A stretch of 64,000 nt of DNA from Candidatus Dormiibacterota bacterium (GTDB lineage Bacteria > Chloroflexota > Dormibacteria > Aeolococcales > Aeolococcaceae). A model generated the notes under the pieces. That model was not told where the DNA came from and searched no databases. It saw only the letters and a list, made by a program, of their open reading frames with translations. The stretch is from positions 2,832,349-2,896,348 of the forward strand of contig OY970307.1 in assembly GCA_963716365.1 (NCBI GenBank), read 5' to 3'. Position numbers and translations under genes: made by a program. Position 1 is the stretch's first letter, and each line of letters begins with the position of its first letter. Below, in pieces: positions 27,533-37,784 of the stretch.

Positions 27533-30218
27533 TTAGCGCGAGCGCGGATCGGCGATCTCGGTGTCGATGGCGTAGTGCTCGAGGGCTGCGGCGACGACGT
27601 GACGGGGGAGACGATCCTGCTGCGCCAGGCCGTCGAGGACTGCGACGGCGATCGACCCGGCGTCGACCTCGAAGTGGCGGCGCAACGCGACTCGGGTATC
27701 GCTGCGACCGTAGCCGTCGGTGCCGAGCGGGATGAAGGGCCCGGGCACGAAGCGTCCGATCTGGTCCGGCACGGCCTTCATGTAATCGGTCACCGCGACG
27801 ATGGGTCCACCATCCTCGCCACCCAGCTGCTCGTCGACATACGAGACACGCGGCTCGGCATCGGGATGCAAACGGTTCCAGCGCTCGACTTCGAGGGCGT
27901 CCTGGCGCAGGAGCTGGAAGCTCGTTGCGCTCCACACCTCGGCGGCGACATCGTGCTGCTCGTACAGCACTGCCTGCGCTTCGAGCGCTGCCTGCACGGC
28001 GCTCCCGCTTGCGACGATGCGCGCGCGGTTCGTGCGCTCGCCTTCCGGCATGCGGTACAGGTAGAGACCGCGCAGGATGCCGTCCTCGCTGCCGTCGGGC
28101 ATCGGTGGCATCGGGTAGTTCTCGTTGTACAGCGTGATGTAGTAGAAGATGTCCTCGCCGTCGACGTACATGCGCCGCATCCCGTCGCGGATGACGGTCG
28201 CCAGCTCGTACGCGAACGCCGGATCGTAGATGCGCACGTTGGGGATCGCGCTGAAGAGCAACGGCGAATGCCCGTCCTCGTGTTGCAGTCCCTCACCGTT
28301 GAGCGTCGTGCGCCCTGCGGTGCCCCCGAGCATGAAACCGCGCCCACGCGAGTCGCCGAATGCCCAGATGAGGTCGCCGACTCGCTGGTAGCCGAACATC
28401 GAGTAGTAGATGTAGAACGGGATCACCGCCTGCCCATGCGTCGCATACGCGGTGCCCGCGGCGGTGAAGCTGCCCATGGATCCCGCTTCGGTGATTCCCT
28501 CTTCGAGGATCTGGCCGTCCACCGCCTCGCGATACGACAGCACCATCCCGGCGTCGACTGGCTCATAGCGCTGCCCGAACGGTGCGTAGATCTTCACCTC
28601 GCTGAAGAGCGCGTCCATGCCGAACGTGCGCGCCTCGTCAGGGATGATCGGCACGATGCGGTTGCCGATGCCCGGGTCACGCAACAGGTTGCGGAGCAGG
28701 CCGGCGAACACCATCGTCGTTGACGCGGCACGCGTGCCGCTGCCGGTGATGAACTCCGAATAGAGCGCGTCGCCGGGCAGGTCGAGTGGCTTGGAGCGGA
28801 CGACACGACGCGGGAGCATGCCGCCCAGCGCACGCCTGCGCATCAACAGGTACTGCACCTCGTCGGAGTCCGGACCGGGGTGGTAGTAGGGAGGCTTCGC
28901 CTCCGCGAGCCGCTTGTCGCTGATCGGGAGCTCGAGCAGATCGCGGAACGCGCGCAACTCCGCTTCGCCGATCTTCTTGATCTGATGCGTGGAGTTGCGT
29001 GCCTCGAACCCGGTACCGAGCGTCCAGCCTTTGACGGTGTGCGCGAGGATCACCGTCGGCGCGCCGCGCTGCTCGATGGCGAGCTTGTACGCGGAGTACA
29101 CCTTGCGGTAGTCATGACCGCCGCGACGGAGGTGGCGGAGATCGTCGTCCGACAGGTGCTCGACCATCTTGCGCAAGCGTGGGTCGGGTCCGAAGAAATG
29201 CTCGCGGATGTACGCGCCGCTTTCCGTCGCGTACTTCTGGAACTCGCCGTCGGGAACGCGGTTCATCTGGTCGACGAGCACGCCGCTCACATCGCGGGCG
29301 AGCAGCTCGTCCCACTCGCGTGCCCAGATGACCTTGATGACGTTCCAGCCGGCGCCGCGGAAGATGCCCTCGAGTTCCTGGATGACCTTGCCGTTGCCGC
29401 GCACAGGTCCGTCGAGGCGCTGCAGGTTGCAGTTGACGACGAAGGTCAGGTTGTCGAGCTGCTCACGCGCGGCGAGCGACAGCGCGCCGAGCGTCTCGGG
29501 CTCGTCGCACTCACCGTCACCGAGGAAGCACCACACGCGGCTCTCGCTCGTGTCGGCGATGTGCCGGTTGTACAAATATCGGTTGAAGCGCGCCTGGTAG
29601 ATGGCGTTGAGCGGACCGAGCCCCATCGACACGGTCGGGAACTCCCAGAACTCCGGCATGAGGCGCGGATGCGGATACGAGCTCAGCCCGTTGCCACCGG
29701 TCTCCTGGCGGAAGTTGTCGAGCTGCGCCTCGGTGATCCGGCCCTCAAGAAACGCGTGCGAGTACATCCCCGGTGCTGCGTGGCCCTGGTAGTAGATCTG
29801 GTCGCCGGCATTGCCGTCGTCCTTGCCCTTGAAGAAGTGGTTGAAGCCGACCTCGTACAACGACGCGGCGGACGCGTACGTCGAGAGGTGGCCGCCGATG
29901 CCGTCACTCCGCTTGTTCGCTCTCGTGACCATCGCGGCCGCGTTCCAGCGAACGATGCGCCGGATCCGCCGCTCCATCTCCTCGTCGCCGGGGAACCACG
30001 GCTCCTCGTCGGGCGGGATGGTGTTGATGTAGGGCGTCGAGACGAGCGATGGCACCGGCACCTGCAGGCGGCGGGCACGCTCGAGGAGCTTGCCGATGAC
30101 GAATCGGGCGCGGACCGTGCCCTCTGCGGCGACGAGGGCATCGAGGGAACTCGAGCCATTCGGCGGTCTCTGCGGCGTCGGCGTCGGGGAGTTGGTGGAG
30201 GAAGGCGTCGAAGGTCAT
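27533..30218 (-). CDS. aceE: pyruvate dehydrogenase E1 component (apparent N-terminal frameshift)
   Basis: An 842-aa ORF that aligns with E. coli AceE from about residue 55 ([27 protein letters not shown]..). The missing N-terminus [23 protein letters not shown] is encoded upstream in another frame, inside tool ORF 29904..31643. The junction is at GGGAACTCGAG (30147-30152); removing one A restores ..[14 protein letters not shown]... Confidence 0.85.
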
Positions 30219-30443
30219 GCGGAACTGAGGATATACACCAGCGCGCTCCGTACAGGTCCCTGAATGGCGATGTGAGCACCAACCTGTGGTACTGTCTTGA
30301 CAAGTGCTCGCGCATCGGCGAGCCATGCCTCTTGGTGAACCCTCTCTCCGCCGGTCATCGGCGGGTCTCAAGAATCCGGCACATGACACTCGAGCGAGGG
30401 GATTCTGGGACATCGGAGAGCATCCGATCCCGAGGTAGACACT

Positions 30444-31697
30444 GTGACAACGTTTGAATCCATCGGCGTGCGTCCGCGCACGTCCGCCGTTCTCGGACAG
30501 AACGGTTTCAAGGAACCCAACACAGTCCAGCAGGAGGCGATCCCGCCACTGCTCGGACGCCAGGACTGCGTCATCGAGGCGCCGACCGGCTCGGGCAAGA
30601 CGCTCGCGTTCGTGGTCCCGCTCGTCGAGCGACTCGCCGGGCACCAGGGCCACGGCGCCCGCGCACTGATCGTCACACCAACTCGCGAGCTCGCCACACA
30701 GGTGAACTCGGTGATCCGCAAGGTCGATCCGGCGCTGCGCACGGTCATCTGCATCGGTGGAGTCGGGTACGGACCGCAGACCGGCGGCCTGCGCAACGCT
30801 CCTGACGTGATCGTCGGGTGCCCCGGACGGCTGCTCGACCTCGCCAACAACGGGATCGCGCGCCTGCGCGACATCGAGTATCTCGTCCTCGACGAGGCCG
30901 ACGAGATGTTCGACCAGGGCTTTGCACACGACGTCGAGAAGATCATCGGCATGTGCCCGACGTTCGAGAGCAGCGCACGCCGCCAGACGGTGCTCGCCTC
31001 GGCGACGATGCCCGACTGGGTGCAGCGGATGATCAGCAAGCACCTGCATGCGCCGGCGCGCGTTCGCGTCGTCAACGAGCAGGTGCCGTCGCTCGAGCAC
31101 GGCGTGATGAGCGTTGTGAAGTCGCAGAAGGTCGATGCCCTGTCGCGCCTCCTGCGCCGGCAGCGCGCGACCGAGCTGAATCAGACGATCGTCTTCCATC
31201 GCACCAAGCACGGCGCCAAGAAGCTCGTCCGTGACCTGCTCCGTATGGGCCACACCGCCGGCGAGCTGCAGGGCAATCTCTCGCAGAACGCCCGGGACCG
31301 CGCGCTCGATCAGTTCCGTGCCAACAAGACCGAGGTGCTCGTCGCGACCAACGTCGCTGCGCGTGGCATCGACGTCGTCAACGTCGGGCTGGTCATCAAC
31401 TACGAGCTTCCCGAGACACCGCAGTGGCTCACGCACCGCGTCGGCCGCACCGCGCGCAACGGCAACGAGGGCAAGGCGATCACGTTCCTCAGCGAGGAGG
31501 ACGGCGAGCAGTGGCGCAAGCTGCGCCGCCTCGGAGCACCGGCACTGCCGGAGATCGACGGCACCCTGCTGCTCACCACCGGTGAGTGGAAGCTCGGGGC
31601 TCCGCCGCGCGAGGTTACGCCAGCGCCTGCTCCAGGTCGGCAATCAGGTCGGCGACGTCCTCAATACCAGCCGAGAGGCGTATCAGCCCGTCGCTGA
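30444..31697 (+). CDS. DEAD-box ATP-dependent RNA helicase
   Basis: Q-motif, AxTGSGKT, PTRELA, DEAD (LVLDEADEM), SAT, HRxGRTAR and an R/G-rich C-terminal tail. GTG start. The last 83 nt overlap the convergent cystathionine gamma-synthase gene. Confidence 0.85.
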   Translation: MTTFESIGVRPRTSAVLGQNGFKEPNTVQQEAIPPLLGRQDCVIEAPTGSGKTLAFVVPLVERLAGHQGHGARALIVTPTRELATQVNSVIRKVDPALRTVICIGGVGYGPQTGGLRNAPDVIVGCPGRLLDLANNGIARLRDIEYLVLDEADEMFDQGFAHDVEKIIGMCPTFESSARRQTVLASATMPDWVQRMISKHLHAPARVRVVNEQVPSLEHGVMSVVKSQKVDALSRLLRRQRATELNQTIVFHRTKHGAKKLVRDLLRMGHTAGELQGNLSQNARDRALDQFRANKTEVLVATNVAARGIDVVNVGLVINYELPETPQWLTHRVGRTARNGNEGKAITFLSEEDGEQWRKLRRLGAPALPEIDGTLLLTTGEWKLGAPPREVTPAPAPGRQSGRRRPQYQPRGVSARR

Positions 31698-32775
31698 CGC
31701 CGACTCGCCGGCGCATGTCGGCAGGTATCGACGCGTGGGTCATGATCGCGGGGCTCTCCGCGAGCGACTCGACGGCTCCGAGTGACTCGGCGAGCGTGAA
31801 GACGCGCAGCCGCTCGAGGCACGAGCGCGCCGCCTCGACCGACGAGACCTCGAAGGAGACGACGCCGCCGTAGTGGCCGCCCATCTGTCGCTTGGCGAGC
31901 GCGTGTCCCGGGTGGCTTTCCAGCCCCGGGTAGTGGACGCGCACCACGGCGTCCTGACCCTCGAGCCAGCGTGCGATCGCGAGCGCGTTGTCGCACTGAC
32001 GCAGCACGCGCAGCTGCAGCGTCTTGAGCCCGCGAAGGAGCAACCAGCAATCGAACGGTGATGGGACGCCGCCGGCAGCGTTCTGATGGAAGCGCAAGCG
32101 TTCAGCGATCGCGTCATCGGAGGTGAGCAGGACGCCGCCAAGCACGTCGCTGTGGCCGCCGAGGAACTTCGTCGAGCTGTGCATGACGATGTCCGCGCCC
32201 AGCTCGAGCGGACGCTGCAGGATCGGGCTCGCGAACGTGCTGTCGACCGCCATGAGCGCGCCACCGCCGTGCACGATCTCGCCGACGGCCTCGAGGTCCA
32301 CGACGCGCAGCAGCGGGTTGGTGGGTGACTCGAGCCAGACCAGCTTGGTCATTGGCGTCATCGCAGCGGCGATCGCTTCGGGATCAGTGGGGTCCACCGC
32401 AGTGAACGTGAGCCCGTAGCGCTGGAAGACCTTGTCGAAGAGGCGGAACGTGCCGCCGTAGACGTCCTCGGTGAAGACCACGTGGTCGCCGGGCTCGAAG
32501 AGGAAGAGCAGCGTCGTTGTTGCTGCCAGACCTGACGCAAACGCCAGGCAGTGCTCGGCACCCTCGAGCGCGGCAAGGCACTCCTCGAGGTTGGATCGCG
32601 TCGGGTTGCCCGACCGTGTGTACTCGTACCCGCGGTGACGTCCCGGCGACTCCTGCGCGAACGTCGTCGCGAGGTGGATCGGCACCACCACGGCGCCGGT
32701 GGTGGGATCAGGGCCCTGGCCGACATGCAGTGCACGGGTCGCCAGACCGTGCTGCCGGCGCGGCGTGTCGGTCAA
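31615..32775 (-). CDS. cystathionine gamma-synthase/gamma-lyase (PLP, Cys/Met metabolism family)
   Basis: Characteristic ..YTRSGNPT.. and ..MHSSTKFLGGHSD.. (PLP-Lys). Translationally coupled to CBS upstream (4-nt overlap). Confidence 0.85.
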   Translation of the reverse strand: MTDTPRRQHGLATRALHVGQGPDPTTGAVVVPIHLATTFAQESPGRHRGYEYTRSGNPTRSNLEECLAALEGAEHCLAFASGLAATTTLLFLFEPGDHVVFTEDVYGGTFRLFDKVFQRYGLTFTAVDPTDPEAIAAAMTPMTKLVWLESPTNPLLRVVDLEAVGEIVHGGGALMAVDSTFASPILQRPLELGADIVMHSSTKFLGGHSDVLGGVLLTSDDAIAERLRFHQNAAGGVPSPFDCWLLLRGLKTLQLRVLRQCDNALAIARWLEGQDAVVRVHYPGLESHPGHALAKRQMGGHYGGVVSFEVSSVEAARSCLERLRVFTLAESLGAVESLAESPAIMTHASIPADMRRRVGVSDGLIRLSAGIEDVADLIADLEQALA

Positions 32776-34145
32776 CCGCGACCGCGGTGCGCGACGAACT
32801 CGAGCAGGTCGCTTCGCGTGATCACACCGACGGGCTCGTCGCCCTCGACGATCATCAGCGCCGGTTCGCCGCCGAGCAGCGCCTCGAATGCCTCTTCGAT
32901 CGGCGCACCTGCCGCCACACGCGCAAAGGGCGGATCCATCGCCGTCGACACAGATGTGGTCACGACGGTGGGATCGCGGTAGATCCGGTCGAGCAGCGTG
33001 CGCTCCTGGATGCTGCCGACCACACCGTTGAGCGTTGTCTTGCCGTTCTCGGTCACGAGCAACTGCGAGATCCCGTACTGCTGCATGAGGTCGATCGCCT
33101 CGCCGACGGTCTTGCCCGCACCGACGCTGACGAGCTCGGGAACGTGGTCCGTGTGCGCAGCATCGATGACCTCACGAACGCGTGCCGGGACGAGCCGCTG
33201 CAGGTAACCGTTCTGGCGCATCCATTCGTCCGAGAAGAACTTGCTCAGGTAGTTGCGCCCGGTATCGGGCAACAGCACGACGATCACGTCGTCGGCCTTG
33301 GAGTCGACGGCGACCTGGATGGCGGCGTGGAGCGCGAGGCCCGCCGAGCCGCCGACGAGGATCCCTTCCTGGCGAGCGAGCTTGCGGGCCGCGACGAAAC
33401 ACTCACGGTCGGTGACCTGGATGAACTCGTCGACGACGTCGCGATCGAACGTGCCCGGCCAGAAGTCCTCGCCGACGCCCTCGACCTTGTACGGCGCGAT
33501 CTCGCCGCTGTAAATCGACCCTTCCGGGTCGGCGCCGATGATGCGGATCGCGGGGTTCTGCTCCTTGAGGTATTTGCCCACCCCGCTGATCGTGCCGCCC
33601 GTTCCGACGCCGGCAACAAAGGTCGTGATCTTTCCCTCGGTCTGACGCCAGATCTCCGGACCGGTCGTCTTGTAGTGGACCTCGGGGTTGCGCGGGTTGA
33701 AGTACTGGTTCGGCTGATACCCACCGGGAATCTCGCGCGTGAGACGTTCGGCCACCGAGTAGTAGGACTGCGGCGAGTCGCGCTCGACATTCGTCGGGCA
33801 GACGACCACCTCGGCGCCGTACGCACGCAGCAGGCTGATCTTTTCCGGCGACATCTTGTCCGGCATGACGAAGACCATCTTGTAGCCCTTGATCGCCGCG
33901 GCCATGGCGAGCCCGTGGCCGGTATTGCCGGACGTCGGCTCGATGATGGTGCCGCCCGCACGCAGCAGGCCCTGCCGCTCAGCGTCCTCGATCATGGCGA
34001 GGCCGATGCGGTCTTTCACGCTGCCGCCCGGGTTCAACTGCTCGAGCTTGGCGAGAATGGTGGGGCGGAGCCCCTCGGTGACCTTGTTCAGCCGGACCAA
34101 CGGGGTGTTGCCGACCAGGTCGAGGATGCTCTCGACGTACTCCAC
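32772..34145 (-). CDS. cystathionine beta-synthase (PLP domain + tandem CBS domains)
   Basis: ..NPGGSVKDR.. PLP-lysine motif and ..TSGNTG.., with a C-terminal CBS pair. Forms a reverse-transsulfuration pair with the downstream gene. Confidence 0.9.
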   Translation of the reverse strand: MEYVESILDLVGNTPLVRLNKVTEGLRPTILAKLEQLNPGGSVKDRIGLAMIEDAERQGLLRAGGTIIEPTSGNTGHGLAMAAAIKGYKMVFVMPDKMSPEKISLLRAYGAEVVVCPTNVERDSPQSYYSVAERLTREIPGGYQPNQYFNPRNPEVHYKTTGPEIWRQTEGKITTFVAGVGTGGTISGVGKYLKEQNPAIRIIGADPEGSIYSGEIAPYKVEGVGEDFWPGTFDRDVVDEFIQVTDRECFVAARKLARQEGILVGGSAGLALHAAIQVAVDSKADDVIVVLLPDTGRNYLSKFFSDEWMRQNGYLQRLVPARVREVIDAAHTDHVPELVSVGAGKTVGEAIDLMQQYGISQLLVTENGKTTLNGVVGSIQERTLLDRIYRDPTVVTTSVSTAMDPPFARVAAGAPIEEAFEALLGGEPALMIVEGDEPVGVITRSDLLEFVAHRGRG

Positions 34146-34234
34146 TGCCAGGCCATTCTAGTCATGCTGGGCGGCCGTACCTAATCCGTGACCGCGCAGT
34201 TCGCGCGACCATTGCCGCCGCATACTGCACGCGA

Positions 34235-35587
34235 ATGGAGCAGTCCGGCAGCCAGGACATCTCCGGGTCGCGCACCCGCGTTCCCGGATACACCCTGGAT
34301 CGGGGGATCAGCGTCGACCGCTCTGGCGCGCTCGTTGCCGGTCGCGACATGGCCGGCTCGGCGGTGACCATCCGGTTGCTGAGCCCCGCGCTCTCCGCGG
34401 ACGCCGCGTACCGCCGTCAGGTCCGCCACGACATGAGTGTCCTTGCGGCGCTGCGGCACCAACATCTCCTCGCGGTGATCGCGTTCGACGACCGCAGCTC
34501 GGCGATCATCTACGAATCGGTCGATGGGGTGACCCTCGGTCACCTGGTCGATGTCAGCGGCTCCGTGCCCGCGGCGGCCGCGCTCGTGGCGTTCGACGAC
34601 TGCCTGTCCGGCCTCGAGGCGCTCCACACCGCAGGCATCATCCATCGCGACGTTCGGCCGGACGCCGTCCTCGTCGATACCGGTGGGACCGCGATCCTTC
34701 GCGACGCAGGGGTGCCGTCGCCGCCGTTGCGCCACGGGTGGCGCTCGGGGACGCCGCAGTACATGGCGCCGGAGCTGTGGGCGGGCCGTCCGCACACCGT
34801 TGCCACCGACCTGTACGCGGCGACCGGTGTGCTCGTCGATGCGCTCACCGGTGATCCGCCGTATCTCGGTTCCGACCTCACCGGCCTGGGCGTGCAGCAC
34901 ACCCAGGGTGCGCTGCCCAGCGAGTTGGTCCCGATGATCGCCCGCGCGCTCGTGGTCCGCGGGCTCGCCAAGGATCCGCACGACCGGCCGGCGAGCGCGG
35001 CGATGTTCCGCCGCGACGTCGAGGTCGCGGGTACTGCATTCCTCGGCGCCGCGTGGCGTGATCAGGGACGGGCGTGGCTCGCGGCCAACGTCACCGAGCG
35101 TCTCGCCGACCCCGCTCCGAACCTGCTGCCTGTCGCCGAGTTCGTCGACGAGGACGACGGCACGCCGCTGACGGGTATCGCCATCGACACGGCCTCCGAC
35201 GAGCGGCCTCCGGGCGGCGTTGGGTGGAAGACCTGGTCGGTCGCCGCCGGCGCGGTGCTCGTGCTCGTCGTGGTCATCTTCGCCGTGGTCAACGCGCTCG
35301 GTGGCTCCGGGGTGCAGATCTCGCCGACGTCGCCGGCAAGTGCTGCGGCACCGCTGTTCACGCCGTCGCAGCCGCCCGCCACCGACGCGGGTGTGCCGAC
35401 GGACACAACCACGGCAGGCGCGACGACCACCACTCCATCACCCACCGCAGCGCCGACACCCACGCCGACGCCTGCGGCGAACACCGCACCGGTGACCATC
35501 GCGCCCACACCGACGGCAACGCCGACGCCGGCGACCACGCCCAGTCCGGCCGCTCCACCGACACCGACCGCGACACCCAAGCACTGA
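34235..35587 (+). CDS. membrane-anchored Ser/Thr protein kinase-like protein (predicted pseudokinase) with Pro/Thr-rich C-terminal tail
   Basis: Kinase-fold motifs are present but degenerate: no GxGxxG loop, HRDVRPDAV in place of HRDxKxxN, DAG in place of DFG, APE retained (MAPE). One TM helix (~res 330-350), followed by a PT-rich low-complexity tail. Confidence 0.65.
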   Translation: MEQSGSQDISGSRTRVPGYTLDRGISVDRSGALVAGRDMAGSAVTIRLLSPALSADAAYRRQVRHDMSVLAALRHQHLLAVIAFDDRSSAIIYESVDGVTLGHLVDVSGSVPAAAALVAFDDCLSGLEALHTAGIIHRDVRPDAVLVDTGGTAILRDAGVPSPPLRHGWRSGTPQYMAPELWAGRPHTVATDLYAATGVLVDALTGDPPYLGSDLTGLGVQHTQGALPSELVPMIARALVVRGLAKDPHDRPASAAMFRRDVEVAGTAFLGAAWRDQGRAWLAANVTERLADPAPNLLPVAEFVDEDDGTPLTGIAIDTASDERPPGGVGWKTWSVAAGAVLVLVVVIFAVVNALGGSGVQISPTSPASAAAPLFTPSQPPATDAGVPTDTTTAGATTTTPSPTAAPTPTPTPAANTAPVTIAPTPTATPTPATTPSPAAPPTPTATPKH

Positions 35588-35614
35588 CGCCGCACCAAGT
35601 GCTGCGCCGCGGGA

Positions 35615-37784
35615 TCAGCGCGCCGGCGTCAGCCCGTAGATATCGCGCGAGTAGTCCTCGAGCATTCGAGCCGCTGAGTAGCGGGGCCCGTTGGTCTTCA
35701 AGGACGCGCGAATGCGTTCCACCCAGCCGCGCGGAATGCCGTGCTCGTCGCGCTGGTAGAAGAGCGGGATGATCTCGTGCTCGATGATGTCGAACAGCGT
35801 TGATGCGTCACGCGAGTCCTGCATCGCGTGGTCGAACAGGATGTCGCCGGGTATTGCCCAACCGTTGGTTCCGTCGTATGCCTCCGCCCACCAGCCGTCG
35901 AGCACGGAGAGATTGAGGCCGCCGTTCAACGCGGACTTCATGCCGCTCGTCCCGCTCGCCTCGAGCGGCGGCCGCGGAACGTTGATCCACACGTCGCACC
36001 CGGCGACCATGTCGAGGCTCGTCGCCAGGCTGTAGTTGTCGAGGAACGTGAGACGGCTCGCCTCAGCACCGTCACGCTTGAACTCGAACAAACCCTGGGC
36101 CGCGCGCTTGCCCTCCTCGTCCCGGGGATGTGCCTTGCCGGCGAAGATCATCTGGACGGGACGCTCGTTGTTCTCGAGCATCCCCTCGGCGCGCTGCGGA
36201 TCGAGCGTGAGCAACTGGATGCGCTTGTAGCCGGCGAGGCGGCGCGCGAACCCGAAGGTCAGCGCGTTCTCGTCGAAGCCGTGCTCCGCGGCCTCGACAT
36301 ACCAGCGCGGTTCGTCGCGCGCGAGCCTGCTGGCAACGCTGCGTTCGCGCACCTGCTGAACGAACTCGCCTCGCAACGCGTTGCGCAGCTCCCACAACTC
36401 GGTGTCGGGAATGTCGTCGACACCACGCCAGGTCGCGGGATTCGCGGCGCGTGTCTCCCAGCCGCTGCCGAGGTGGCGGTCGAGCATCTCGCGCATCCGC
36501 GGCGCCATCCACGTCGGGACGTGGACTCCGTTGGTGACATGTCCGATCGGGACTGTGTCCGCGGGCCGCTCGGGGAAGAGCGACTGCCACATCTGGCGAG
36601 CGACCTCGCCGTGACGCCGGCTGACACCGTTGCGCGCGCGGCTCATCTTGATGCCGAGCGGAGTCGATGACGAACTGCTCGTGCGGGTTGTCGGGACGTG
36701 TCCGGCCGAGGTGCAGGAATCCCTCGAGATCGAGACCGACCTGCTCCGGGTAGTCACCGAGCACCTCGACGATCTCGCTCACGTCGTAGCCCTCGTTGCC
36801 TGCGCTCACCGGTGTGTGGGTCGTGAAGACCGTGCGCTCGCGGGCCGCCGTGAACGCCTCGTGGCGTGAGCGACCCTGCGCCATCTCGCGACGCGCGATC
36901 TCGAGCGGCGCCAGCGCGCCGTGACCCTCGTTGAGGTGCACGACGCAGGGGTCGATGCCCATCGCCTCGAGCGCCCGCATCGAGCCGATGCCCAGCAGTG
37001 CGTACTGCGCAAGGCGCGTCGGGCGGTCGGCGACGTAGAGGCGGCTCGTGATCCACTGGTCGATCGGCGAGTTCTCCGGACGCTGGGCGTCAAGCAGGTA
37101 CAGCGGCGTGCGTCCGATGTCGAGCCGCCAGATCTGGACGACGACGTCGCGACCGCGGAGCGGGACGGTCACAGTGATCGGCCCGTTTCCGTTGGTGACA
37201 AGAGCGGCAGGAACCCGCTCGGGGTCGACCGGAGCCCAGTACTCGTGCTGGTAGCCCGACTGGTCCATGCGCTGCTGGAAGTACCCCTGGCGGTAGAAGA
37301 GCCCGACGCCCACCATCGGCAGCGCCATGTCGGACGCCTCTTTCAGGATGTCACCGGCGAGCACGCCGAGACCGCCCGCGTAGATCGGGAGCGACCGGTG
37401 CACCGCGAACTCCGCGCACAGAAACGCCACCGGACGCATCGGCGTGGCACGCCCCTCGGGGGACGGCCTCTCCAGCTCGTGATCGAGCGCGCCGAGCATG
37501 GTGTTGATGCGCTCCAGCAATCCTGCGTCTCTTGCAGCGCGATCGAGCGTGGCGGCGGTGGTGTCGTGCAGGAGCCGCACCGGGTTGTGGTTGCTCGCCT
37601 CCCAGCGCTCAGGGTCGATCAGTCGGAAGACGTCGTCGCCGCCCGGCCACCACGACCACAGGTAGTTGAACGCCAGTCGCGCGAGTGGCTCGAGCGGCGC
37701 GGGCATGCGCGCGGCGAGATCGGCCGCGGCGATGTCGATGTCCTCGCCGCCGTCGGCGAGGGTTGCGGTTGCGAGCTCGGTCAC
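35615..37784 (-). CDS. glgP: alpha-glucan (glycogen/maltodextrin) phosphorylase (apparent frameshift)
   Basis: The N-part ..LAFNYLWSWWPG.. ..EGHGALAPLE.. (tool ORF 36072..37904) and the C-part ..TPLGIKMSRARNGVSRRHGEVARQMW..SGTSGMKSALNGGL.. with the PLP-Lys (tool ORF 35615..36757) are in different frames. The junction is at GACGAACTGCTC (36671-36676). The GTG start overlaps the rpe stop (GTGA). Confidence 0.8.

Noticed and set aside
29683-30315. A 210-aa minus-strand ORF and the 579-aa ORF 29904..31643 overlapping the aceE/helicase region.
   Set aside because: They are alternative-frame read-throughs. The only meaningful part is the 24-residue AceE N-terminus embedded in the 579-aa ORF.
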